From: Porticoccaceae bacterium
GTDB taxonomy: Bacteria > Pseudomonadota > Gammaproteobacteria > Pseudomonadales > Porticoccaceae
Direction of reading: 5' to 3'
Assembly: GCA_041601945.1 (NCBI GenBank)
Contig: JBFIHG010000005.1
Coordinates: 2,023 to 66,022, forward strand
DNA length: 64,000 nt
Both the position numbers and the translations under genes were made by a program. A model generated the notes under the pieces. The model was not told where the DNA came from. It was given only the letters and a program-made list of their open reading frames with translations, and did not search any database. Below are positions 10,016 to 19,500 of this stretch, piece by piece (position 1 is the stretch's first letter; every line of letters starts with the position of its first letter).

Positions 10016-10735
10016 ATGAAAAAAATTACTGGCGCCCATGTAAATAGCTCGACGAGTGCAGTTCACAAAACCGCGCAAGAGGGTGATCCGCAAGCGACGC
10101 TGCGCGCGTTACTACCGGGGGCAAAATTAACGATCACCGCGCTGCATAATTTGCCGGAACTGCGCCTGTGGTTAATTGATCCAGTGGGTATGCACGCGCC
10201 GCTATTGGAGCAGGAGGTCAATGCGGTGTTCGCCACGCCACCCTATTGGTGTTTTTGTTGGGGGAGCGGTAAGGCGCTGGCTGAATATATTGTGCGGGAA
10301 ATCCCGGAAAAAATTGCAGGTGCCGTGGTGCTGGATTTCGGGTGTGGCAATGGCGTGGCGGCAATTGCTGCCGCGCTGGCTGGTGCACGACGGGTTATTG
10401 CTTGTGACAGTGATCCGGCGGCGCTCGCCGTCGCGGCGCGCAATGCCGACCTGAATGGGGTTGAACTTAGTTATTCATCTGATATTTTTGAGGTGGATGA
10501 ACGGGTTGATTATTTATTTGCGGCAGACGTTCTCTACGATCGGGATAATTTTTCGCTTTTGCAACGGTTCCGGCAGCTTGCCGGGCAGGTGATTCTCGCA
10601 GACTCGCGGGTGCCGGACTTCGCTGCCGATGGTTATACGCAGATACAGCGCCAATGGTCGGTAACCCAACCGAACCTGGGGGAGCCCCCACAAGTGGGAC
10701 AGGTTACGTTTTATCGCGCGTTTTGCAGCGGTTAA
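10016..10735 (+). CDS. class I SAM-dependent methyltransferase (protein-lysine-MTase-like)
   Basis: It carries motif I (VLDFGCGNGVAAIAAALAG), then ACDSDP, then FAADVLYD. The start is 12 nt after the upstream stop. Confidence 0.75.
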   Translation: MKKITGAHVNSSTSAVHKTAQEGDPQATLRALLPGAKLTITALHNLPELRLWLIDPVGMHAPLLEQEVNAVFATPPYWCFCWGSGKALAEYIVREIPEKIAGAVVLDFGCGNGVAAIAAALAGARRVIACDSDPAALAVAARNADLNGVELSYSSDIFEVDERVDYLFAADVLYDRDNFSLLQRFRQLAGQVILADSRVPDFAADGYTQIQRQWSVTQPNLGEPPQVGQVTFYRAFCSG

Positions 10736-10810
10736 TGCCCGGGTATCCGCAGTCGCTGTTGGTTTGGTGAAACAGGCCTCTCGCGATGTTGTTCTTCATA
10801 CCGACAAGAT

Positions 10811-11548
10811 TTGGCAGTAAGATCTGCTGCTCTTCTAAATAACAATAGTGACTGGTACCGGAAATGGGTGGTGAACGTGAAGGAATCGAAACCGATTAAT
10901 ACTGCGTGGCTGGAACGGGTGGTTAGCGCGCAGCAAGCGGAACAAAAAGCGATATCGCGGCTGTTACACGACGAGTTCGGTCAATCGCTGGTGGCGGCCA
11001 AAAGTTTTGCCGTTGCGATTGCGCAAATGCGCGACGGAGAGCCGCTCGACAATATTCGCGACATGGCAGATGCCGTCAAGGAGATGATAGAAGGCACCTA
11101 TATAGCCGCTTACGATCTGATGCGGGAGCTTGATACGGGAGTCGCGACGGAGGCGCCGTTCGAGGAACAAGTGCAGAGTTTATTGCAATACCTGCGCTTC
11201 GAACAAAAACGTATCGCGTTGTCGTTCACCGGCGGCAACCAAATTGACCACCTGCCGAACTGGGCGCGAGCGCTGCTCTTGCGTTTTACGCGCACGCTGC
11301 TAACCTGCGTTAATCGCCATGCTAGTGGCGTCAATAAAATTAAATTGATAGCGACTGCGGACGCTGATGGCCGTGCGACGCTGGCGGTTACGCATAATGG
11401 CATAGCCACAGGGCCACAGTTTGAACGACATCCGTTGTTGCTTGGGTTGGTGCGCGGTGTGCAGGAATTAGCTGGAGAGTGTGTGTTGAGTGAAGATACG
11501 TCGGCACAAGAACATATAACCCTGACTTTCGATTTCCCTGTGGATTAG
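10811..11548 (+). CDS. soluble HisKA_3-type histidine kinase without a sensor domain
   Basis: It has an H-box AISRLLHDEFGQSL (His codon 10967-10969) and an N-box-like LLTCVNRHASG. G1 is degenerate (VTHNGIATG instead of DxGxG). There is no TM segment. The start is uncertain: TTG 10811 or GTG 10877. Confidence 0.6.
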   Translation: MAVRSAALLNNNSDWYRKWVVNVKESKPINTAWLERVVSAQQAEQKAISRLLHDEFGQSLVAAKSFAVAIAQMRDGEPLDNIRDMADAVKEMIEGTYIAAYDLMRELDTGVATEAPFEEQVQSLLQYLRFEQKRIALSFTGGNQIDHLPNWARALLLRFTRTLLTCVNRHASGVNKIKLIATADADGRATLAVTHNGIATGPQFERHPLLLGLVRGVQELAGECVLSEDTSAQEHITLTFDFPVD

Positions 11549-11559
11549 CCGGACGCGAT

Positions 11560-12192
11560 ATGGGCGACTCAACTGTCTCGGTATTGCTTGTCGACGACCA
11601 CTCTGTGGTACGTGCCGGGTTTCGCTATTTGCTGGAGCGGGTGGATGGTTTCGTGGTCATCGAATCCGATTCTGCGGAGGCGGCCTATCGCATTTACCGG
11701 GAAAAAAAACCTGACGTGGTGGTTATCGATATGTCCATGCCGGGGATCGGTGGGCTGGAAGGGATTCGCAGATTGCGGGCCAGCGACGAAAAATCGTGCA
11801 TTATTGTTTTGAGTATGTACAACGATCCGTCTTTCGTGACGCGAGCTATGGAGATGGGTGCGCTGGGCTATCTGAGTAAAAATTGCGGGCCCGATGAGTT
11901 GGCCAAAGCGATTGCCGCAGTGATGAGGGGTGAGCGTTATTTCAGTTCTGATATTGCGCTTGAAACGGCCGGTGACGCAGGCGGCACCGAGATCAGCAGT
12001 TTGTCGACCCGAGAATTTCAGGTGTTTCGTATGTTGGCGGAGGGTGCTTCGGTGAAGAATATTGCGGATACCCTGAGTTTAAGCCCCAAGACGGTTAGCA
12101 ATCATCGGAGCAATATTATGGAAAAGCTGCAGATACACAGTGCGGTTGAGATGACACGATTAGCGGTGCGCGAGGGTATTATCGACGCCTGA
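11560..12192 (+). CDS. NarL/FixJ-family response regulator (REC + LuxR-type HTH)
   Basis: The receiver shows VLLVDDH, VVVIDMSMPG and LSKN. The C-terminal LSTREFQVFRMLAEGASVKNIADTLSLSPKTVSNHRSNIMEKL is a LuxR/GerE HTH. It starts 11 nt after the kinase gene. Confidence 0.9.
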   Translation: MGDSTVSVLLVDDHSVVRAGFRYLLERVDGFVVIESDSAEAAYRIYREKKPDVVVIDMSMPGIGGLEGIRRLRASDEKSCIIVLSMYNDPSFVTRAMEMGALGYLSKNCGPDELAKAIAAVMRGERYFSSDIALETAGDAGGTEISSLSTREFQVFRMLAEGASVKNIADTLSLSPKTVSNHRSNIMEKLQIHSAVEMTRLAVREGIIDA

Positions 12193-12260
12193 ATAGCGTC
12201 TCGTTGGCGATCATTAGTGCCATTTATTTTCGGCTGTCGTTTGATCTGCGTATTACGACG

Positions 12261-12289
12261 TTGACGGCAAAGATTGAAAAGAGTATAAA
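12261..12289 (+). promoter_or_regulatory. candidate sigma70 promoter of the chemosensory operon
   Basis: TTGACG (12261-12266), a 17-nt spacer, then TATAAA (12284-12289), in an AT-rich intergenic region. It sits about 85 nt upstream of the PilG-like start. Confidence 0.4.
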
Positions 12290-12375
12290 TTTCTTTCGTA
12301 AGTGATTGATTAAAAAGATTTAATAAGTAAAATCAAGGCGTTAGATCAGGTGTATTTTTCTCCTGGAGCAATCAG

Positions 12376-13179
12376 TTGATGATTGTGGTAAATCGGCTGG
12401 AACGAAAGTTTTCAGCACGACTGACGCTATATCGTGAACATAACGGAGGTGGTCGCTTGAACGACATAATCAAAATATCCTGCATCGGTGTCGATGACAA
12501 GGACGTGGCTGTGATTAGCAGTATTCTCAAACTGGCACCCGAGCTGAAGGGTAAGTTTGAATTGATTGATACCGAGCAGAAAAGCGCCGCAAATCTGCTG
12601 TTTGTCAATGCGGACGACGCGGAAGCGCTCGGTGAATGGGAGGCTTTCAGCGCCGCACATGGCGATGTAGTGCCCATTGTTATTTACAGTGGCGAAGCGC
12701 CCGATATCGACGCCATTACCATGAAACGTCCGCTGGCGATGCGACGTCTTATCGATAGCCTGAAAACCATCATATCCACCGAACGGGAAGTGATGGTAAC
12801 GACAACCGGGGTCGGAGGGGTTAAAAAGATTCTGGTGGTGGATGACAGTTTTCCAGTGCGCAAATACATGGAGCAGAAGCTGCCGTTGTTGGCCGACGGT
12901 GAACTCAGCTTGAATTTTGCGGAATCCGGGGCCGAAGCAGTCGAGCGTGTCAAGGAAACCGCCTACGACCTGATTTTTCTCGACGTCATGATGGACGATA
13001 TGAATGGGTACAAAGTTTGTAAGTGGGTGAAAACAGTGCGGCCCGAGACCGTGGTGGTGATGTTGACCAGTAAAAATTCGCCGTTTGACAAGGTGCGCGG
13101 CACCATGTCGGGGTGTGATGATTATGTGGTGAAGCCCCCCAAAGACGAAACTCTGAAGGATATATTACAGCGTTTTTAG
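12376..13179 (+). CDS. pilG: PilG-like response regulator with an N-terminal receiver-like extension
   Basis: The C-terminal receiver (aa ~150-267) shows ILVVDDS, LIFLDVMM and TSKNSPFDKVRGTMSGCDDYVVKP, the last being the PilG-type signature SSKxxxFDKxxGxxxGxxxYxxKP. The N-terminal ~148 aa form an extra alpha/beta receiver-like region. Confidence 0.8.
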   Translation: MMIVVNRLERKFSARLTLYREHNGGGRLNDIIKISCIGVDDKDVAVISSILKLAPELKGKFELIDTEQKSAANLLFVNADDAEALGEWEAFSAAHGDVVPIVIYSGEAPDIDAITMKRPLAMRRLIDSLKTIISTEREVMVTTTGVGGVKKILVVDDSFPVRKYMEQKLPLLADGELSLNFAESGAEAVERVKETAYDLIFLDVMMDDMNGYKVCKWVKTVRPETVVVMLTSKNSPFDKVRGTMSGCDDYVVKPPKDETLKDILQRF

Positions 13180-13251
13180 AGCGTGCTGAGCCAAGTGTAG
13201 CCAAAACTTGCCAGAGCGTTTGCGGAAAAGAATTATGAGGATGAGATCACA

Positions 13252-13614
13252 ATGGCAGTTGCGAAAGTCCTGGTGGTGGATGATTCGCCGGCGGAGTTGG
13301 AAAACATCCAAGCAATGGTGGCTGCAACCGGTCGCACAGTGTTGGCGGCTACTTCCGGGCACGAGGCGGTGGCTCTTGCTACCAGCGAGCAGCCCGATCT
13401 GATTTTTCTGGATATCGTCATGGACGATCTGGACGGCTATGGCGCCTGTCAGGCGATTCGCGAAAATCCTGACACCAGCCACATCCCGGTGGTGATGGTG
13501 AGTTCAAAAAATCAGCGGTTTGATCGTATATGGGCGGATCGTCACGGTGCCAACGGCGTCATTTCAAAACCCTATAGCGCGCAGGAAATTACTGCGGAGC
13601 TGGAAAAGTACTGA
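13252..13614 (+). CDS. pilH: PilH-like single-domain response regulator
   Basis: A 120-aa protein with VLVVDDSPAE, LIFLDIVM and SSKNQRFDRIWADRHGANGVISKP, the last matching the PilH-type KxQxxDxxWxxRxGA motif. Confidence 0.85.
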   Translation: MAVAKVLVVDDSPAELENIQAMVAATGRTVLAATSGHEAVALATSEQPDLIFLDIVMDDLDGYGACQAIRENPDTSHIPVVMVSSKNQRFDRIWADRHGANGVISKPYSAQEITAELEKY

Positions 13615-13625
13615 CTGGAAACTCT

Positions 13626-14150
13626 GTGGAAAATCAAGATTCGCGATTGGTGATACCCAGTGAAGCTCTGCAAAAAGAGTTTGTGCTGGCGAGTGCACCC
13701 TCCGTTACGCCGGATACCAGCGTATTGCAAGGCACATTTCATGGCTTTGTCATCGGCGAAATTGGTTTACTGCTGCCCAAAGAAGAAATCTCTGAAGTGC
13801 TGGAAAGTATTAACAGTTGTCGTTTACCGAATACTTCCGCGGTGCTATACGGCATGGCCAATTTGCGCGGAAAAATAGTTCCGCTCTTTGATTTACACCG
13901 CCTGCTGGGTGTCGAACCCGCGCCGCAACGTATGTTTTTGGTGATTGGCGATGGCGGCGACGCGGCCGGCGTGTTGCTGGATCGGTTGCCCCGCCGGGTA
14001 GTTATTGCAGCAACCGATAAATTACCAATGATTCCGCCGTTGCCGCCCTCCCTGCGGCCATTTGCGCGCGGGGCCTACGATGTGGACGGGGTGTGGCTCG
14101 ACTGGGATTTAGCAGGTTTTTTTGAATCTTTACAGGGGCAGATCAGTTAA
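13626..14150 (+). CDS. pilI: CheW-like coupling protein (PilI-like)
   Basis: A 174-aa protein with a CheW-domain pattern (FVIGEIGLLLPKEEISEVL ... GMANLRGKIVPLFDLHRLLG). The GTG start is 11 nt after pilH. Confidence 0.8.
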   Translation: MENQDSRLVIPSEALQKEFVLASAPSVTPDTSVLQGTFHGFVIGEIGLLLPKEEISEVLESINSCRLPNTSAVLYGMANLRGKIVPLFDLHRLLGVEPAPQRMFLVIGDGGDAAGVLLDRLPRRVVIAATDKLPMIPPLPPSLRPFARGAYDVDGVWLDWDLAGFFESLQGQIS

Positions 14151-14220
14151 TAACTGGTGCCACACCGTTGTGCACCGGTTCCCGAATTTATTAATGCAAG
14201 GCTGAGTAAGGCGAATACGT

Positions 14221-16509
14221 ATGAAAATTAATATTGCGACCAGAGTGGGTGGAAGCTATCTGGTGTTAACGTTGTTCGTGATCATAACGGGCCTTGCCGG
14301 CACCTATTCGGTAAGTCGATTAGTCGACACGATAGATTTTATTACCAACGACGCCTGGGACACTGCCGAGGGAGCACTGGAATCATCACTTGCGGTGAAT
14401 GAGCAACTGTTGGCGGTGCAGGAAATTGTCCGGTATACCCAGGGCGCGGATCGTTTGGGTGGAGTGCAATCGGGCGCAATGAGCAATAGCGAAAATATTC
14501 TCGAAGCTCGTGCGCGCCTGAATAATGCCGTGGAGGTTAGTGTCAGAGCGGCGGAAAAAATGGCGGCCCATGGTTTAGTGGAGGAGGAAGAAAAGCTTGT
14601 CGCGATGATCGCGAAGTATACCGGTGTCCGGGATAGCATGCTCGACGCGCATGACCGTTTTGTCATGTTCGACACGGATTTACGTATTGGCGTTGGTAGT
14701 TTTCAGGAACTACTCAATCGCCTGTCAGCGATTGGCCAGGAATCGACCCTGGAATTGGAAAAAAACGGATCGCGACAGATATCATGGAATAGTGGGTTAA
14801 GAGAAAAATGGCAGGCCGCTAACGGAACTGTTGCCGCTCAAAATGCATTTTTGCGGCGCATACAATACTACAATTTGTACACCTCGGAAGTTGTCGCGAA
14901 AGCCGTCGCCGACGAAACATTAGCTGCGGCGCTGACGGAAATGCGGGAAAATATTACTGCATTATCAAAGTTAAAAATGTTTCGCGATGTCAGAATGGTC
15001 GAGGAAGAAGAGAGCGATACGGTTGACACTTCAGCCCTGCTTAAGCAGCTCGGTGTCAGTGGCAACACAATGTCAATTGCTGACGGCGCGTTGGAGGAAC
15101 TTGAGATTCACGATGTGGAATTTAAAACTGGGATAGCGGCCTTTGAGGCCTATCGCGCGGAACGGGATAGATATCAAGCCGTCGCCGTCGAGCTGCTAAC
15201 AATTTTGAAGCGCGTCGAAAAAGTCGGTGGCTCCGCACTAGTAAGTCAGGCGGATGCTATTAAGGCTACTGTAACGGTGTCTTATATTACGATTTTGATC
15301 GTACTTTTGGTGAGTGTTGCTGTCGCCGCCGTTTTTGGTGTGATGATGGTGCGCGTTATGAAAGGCGTATTTACGCGAATTATTGGTGTTGCCGAGGGCG
15401 TTACCAAAGGCGAGTTGGAAACTGTAGATATCGCAGAAGCGGAGATGGGTGACGAAGTAGGTGATCTATTGGTAGCGATGAAAGCTATGGTGGAAAAACT
15501 TAGCGATGAAAACCGGCAACTGAATGATTCGATCATTGATCTATTGGAAGCAACTGCCCAACTCAGTGAGCGGGATCTTACCGTTCAGGTTCCGGTAGCC
15601 AACGATATCACCGGCCCGGTGTCGGATGCGGTAAAGGTGCTGGTCTACGAAACCGCCAAGGTATTGAAAGAGATTCGCGATGTGGCGGGGTTGGTAGAGG
15701 ACGCGTCTAACACAGTTCGCGATCAGGGTAACAAGGTATCCGAGGCGTCAGCGGAAGATCGTGAAATGACATTCGGAGCGATCGCAGTGTTGAATGAACT
15801 CTCCGGTGGTATTGGCAAACTGGCGGACCTTGCAGAGGGTTGTAACGACATGGCGCGGCGTACTTCTGGGTCTATTACAGATGCGTTGCAGGAAGTGCTG
15901 AACACCGGTAAAGGGATGAATGATATTCGTGAAACCATTTCCGAAACGGAAAAACGTATTAAACGACTTGGCGAGCGTTCCCAGGAAATCAGCTCAGTGG
16001 TGGAAATCATTAACAACGTGGCCGAGCGCACCCATATTCTGGCCTTGAATGCTTCCATGCAGGCGGCGGCGGCGGGTGACGCGGGGCGCGGCTTCGCCGT
16101 GGTTGCCGATGAGGTGCAGCGCCTTGCGGAGTCGTCCCGCCAGTCCACCTCCGAAATCGCCGCATTGGTCAGTAATATTCAGTCGGAAACAGCGGAAACC
16201 ATGGCCGCCATGAATAAGGCGATCAGTCAGGTGGTAGACGGTACGGCAATGGCAAAAAAATCCGGGGACCAGATGGAAGCTACTGTAAAAACCACTGAGG
16301 AACTGTCGGGGGTGATTGGAGAGATCGCGCAAGCGGCGCGAAGCCAGTCGAATGCCCTGGAAATTGTCGCTGGACAGGCAGAGCAGGTGACTGCCACCTT
16401 GACAAAAACTGGCGAGGAAATGGAGCAGCAGGGTGCGGTGATTGAAAAGTTACTCGCCTTTGCGCGGCAGCTTGGCGAGTCCGTACGGCAATTTAAGCTG
16501 CCCGGTTAA
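14221..16509 (+). CDS. pilJ: methyl-accepting chemotaxis protein (PilJ-like)
   Basis: A 762-aa protein. TM1 is near aa 12-32 and TM2 is VSYITILIVLLVSVAVAAVFGVMMV. The highly conserved signalling hairpin is EIINNVAERTHILALNASMQAAAAGDAGRGFAVVADEVQRLAESS. Confidence 0.9.
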   Translation: MKINIATRVGGSYLVLTLFVIITGLAGTYSVSRLVDTIDFITNDAWDTAEGALESSLAVNEQLLAVQEIVRYTQGADRLGGVQSGAMSNSENILEARARLNNAVEVSVRAAEKMAAHGLVEEEEKLVAMIAKYTGVRDSMLDAHDRFVMFDTDLRIGVGSFQELLNRLSAIGQESTLELEKNGSRQISWNSGLREKWQAANGTVAAQNAFLRRIQYYNLYTSEVVAKAVADETLAAALTEMRENITALSKLKMFRDVRMVEEEESDTVDTSALLKQLGVSGNTMSIADGALEELEIHDVEFKTGIAAFEAYRAERDRYQAVAVELLTILKRVEKVGGSALVSQADAIKATVTVSYITILIVLLVSVAVAAVFGVMMVRVMKGVFTRIIGVAEGVTKGELETVDIAEAEMGDEVGDLLVAMKAMVEKLSDENRQLNDSIIDLLEATAQLSERDLTVQVPVANDITGPVSDAVKVLVYETAKVLKEIRDVAGLVEDASNTVRDQGNKVSEASAEDREMTFGAIAVLNELSGGIGKLADLAEGCNDMARRTSGSITDALQEVLNTGKGMNDIRETISETEKRIKRLGERSQEISSVVEIINNVAERTHILALNASMQAAAAGDAGRGFAVVADEVQRLAESSRQSTSEIAALVSNIQSETAETMAAMNKAISQVVDGTAMAKKSGDQMEATVKTTEELSGVIGEIAQAARSQSNALEIVAGQAEQVTATLTKTGEEMEQQGAVIEKLLAFARQLGESVRQFKLPG

Positions 16510-16567
16510 TCCGGCGCCAGGTTTTGCGGCCGTCCAGCGATAACTAAGTGGATTGAGAGAAGTTTGC

Positions 16568-19500
16568 ATGGGTATGACGGCTGAAATAGAAATTTTGCAC
16601 GGCGTTATTGGCGCCACGGCAGAGTTGCTTCCCGAACTCATTCCCCTGTTGATGGGCGCTGGCGATGAGCCTGCGCAAGGTCTAACCAGCCTGCAGGAGC
16701 AATTGGATAATATCAGTATGACGGCTGGTTTTGCCGGCTTGGAAGGCCTGTCGAGGGCATCTGAGCTGTTATCTGAATACCTCGCCACCTGCTGTGGCAC
16801 GGATCAACCTCTACCTCCGGCGGAGCTCGACAAGCTTGTTGCCTGGATAACTCAGGCACAGTTGTATCTACAATTTCCCGCACCAGTGGAAGTCATAACC
16901 GCTCTACTTGAACCCGTTCCCGAGGAGCGTCGGGCCGTCCTCTACGATGTGCTAGTGCAGGAATCGGGCGGAAACGCTGCACCAGCCGATGAGTCTTATG
17001 CGGATAGCGAATTTCCCGAAATCCCGGACGCGGCGCCTGGGTTGGCGCTGGTCAGTGAATTACCCGCGATGCCGCCGGAACAAATAGCGTCCTTCGACGA
17101 TATGGACGATATGCTGGCGGGAGACGGGCCAGGCGGCGTAGAAACCAGCATCCTCGGCATGTTGCGGCAAGAAATCGAAGAAATTACACCCCGCTTAAGT
17201 CAGTGTGCCACGGCCATTGGCGGCACTTCCGAACTGGCCGATGCCGGGCGAGACCTGGCCAGCTATGGTGAGCTCATTGAGCGGTTACACGCAGCGAGCA
17301 CCGGCGCGGGCCTCGACGGCATGGTGCAGATTGCAGATTTTTTGACCACGAATCTTGGTTTGTTATTGACCGCCGAGGACGAGCCGCGCCGCGCCATGGT
17401 GCCGTTATTGGCGGGTTGGCCGGGGCCGGTAACCGCGTATTTGGCGGAACCGGCGGATAACAGTCTGTGCCTGGCGGCGGTGAAATATCTGGAAAATCCG
17501 CAATGGCTACAACCGCTGCTTGATGGAAATGTAAAGCAGTTGTTGAAAGGGTTGGTTAAGGATGCGGAAACCAGCGGCGAATGTGTTGGTGAAGTGCGTG
17601 CCACGCAAGCTACACCCGAGGACGTTGAGCTAAAAATTGCCGACGACGTAACCGCGGAACTGGTGGAGGCATTTTTTACTGAATCGCCACGCTACGCAGA
17701 GCAATTGGCCACCCATATCGCAAGTATAGCCAAAGGCGAGGACGTGCAAAATCACCTTGCCGCCTCCCAGCGTATTTCCCATACCTTGAAGGGTTCCGCC
17801 AATATGCTGGGGGTGAAAGGCCTCGCTAATCTTTCCCACCATCTGGAAGATATTTTTGAACACCTGGCTCAGAAAGATGCCGCGCCACCGAAACCGTTGG
17901 CGGCTCTCATGCAGGAGGCGGCCGATACCATAGAGGTTATGCTCGAGGCGCTGCAGGGTATCAGTCCACCCCCAGAGGACGCCCAGCAGGTGTTGCAGGA
18001 TGTGCTGAACTGGGCCAACCGTATCGATCGCGGCGATATTCGCAGCGAGGATTTCCACGAAGGCGCGCGGGGAGCCCGTGTCAAGGTGGTGGGCGGTTCT
18101 GCCGAGGCCAACGACGTAGCCGGTGAACAGGAAGGACCTGCGCAGGCCCAGATGCAGGAAGCATTGCGGGTACCCCGGGATCTTATCGATAACGTATTAA
18201 ATATGGTTGGCGAAGCCGCCATTTCCCTGAGCCAAATACAGGAGCGTCTGCTAAATCTACGGGCGTCGGGGGTGGCGATGCGGCGCAACGATAGCGTACT
18301 GCAAACCCGTCGTTTTGAGCTGGAAGAACAGGTTAGTGTGCGCGGGGTAGCAGCCCAGCAAAAAGGGCTGGTGGCCAACGGCGATCACTTCGATACACTG
18401 GAAATGGATCAGTACGACGAGTTTTATACCGCTACCCACAGTTTCATCGAAGCGGTTTCCGATACCCGCGAAGCCTCCCGGGAAATAATCGAAGAAGTCC
18501 TGCGTCTGGAAAATCTGTTTCTGCATCAGCAACGCCTGAATCGCGCCCTGCAGGATATGGTGATGTCGACTCGCACGGTGGCGGTCAGCTCGATTAGTCC
18601 GCGTTTACAGCGCGCGGTCCGTCAGGCGGCGCGTATGACTGGTAAAGAAGTGGTGCTCGATATCCGCGGCGAACAATTGATGGTGGACGGGGATGTAGTG
18701 GCAAAACTGGTGGATCCGCTGATGCATCTGTTGCGCAATGCTGTCGACCACGGCATCGAATCCCCGCAAGAGCGCAAAGAAAAGGGTAAAGACGATACGG
18801 GAGTGATTACCCTTGAATACGAGCAGGCAGGCAATAATATCGTGGTGAGCTGTCGTGATGACGGAGCGGGTCTGGATTACGACAGAATTTTAAAGTTGGC
18901 GTTGGAAAAAGGTCTGGTTCGGGACAATGAAACCCTGGAGCGCGAGGCGATAGCACGCCTGATTTTGGCGCGTGGATTTTCGACTCGCGAGGAAGCTACC
19001 CAGGTATCCGGTCGTGGTGTGGGGATGGATGCGGTGCACGCCGCCATTGTCGAACTCAAAGGTACCATGGAAATAGGTGATAACCGTTCTGGTGGCACGG
19101 CGATTGAGTTGCGCCTGCCGGTCACCCTGCTCACCAGTCACTCCGTCGTGATTAGCGTCGGTGATCTGCAGTACGGGATACCGACAGACACCCTGATGCA
19201 GATACTGAGTGCTGGTGTGGGTGTCGCCTCTAGCATCGGGGGCGAGCTGGCGTATACCCTCGGCAGAGACATCTATCCGCTGCGATCGTTGAGTAGCCTC
19301 CTGGGGCAGGCTGATAACGGGAACGGCGACGCTACACACTATGAAGGGAAAGTTATTCTTTTGGCGCGCACCGATCAGGGGATTTCCGCGATTGCGGTGG
19401 ATCAGGTGTTGTCGAGTCACGAACTGGTGGTCAAGAATCTCGGTAAATATGTGGGGCACGTGCGTGGTATCGCGGGCGTTTCCCTGTTGGGAGACGGACG

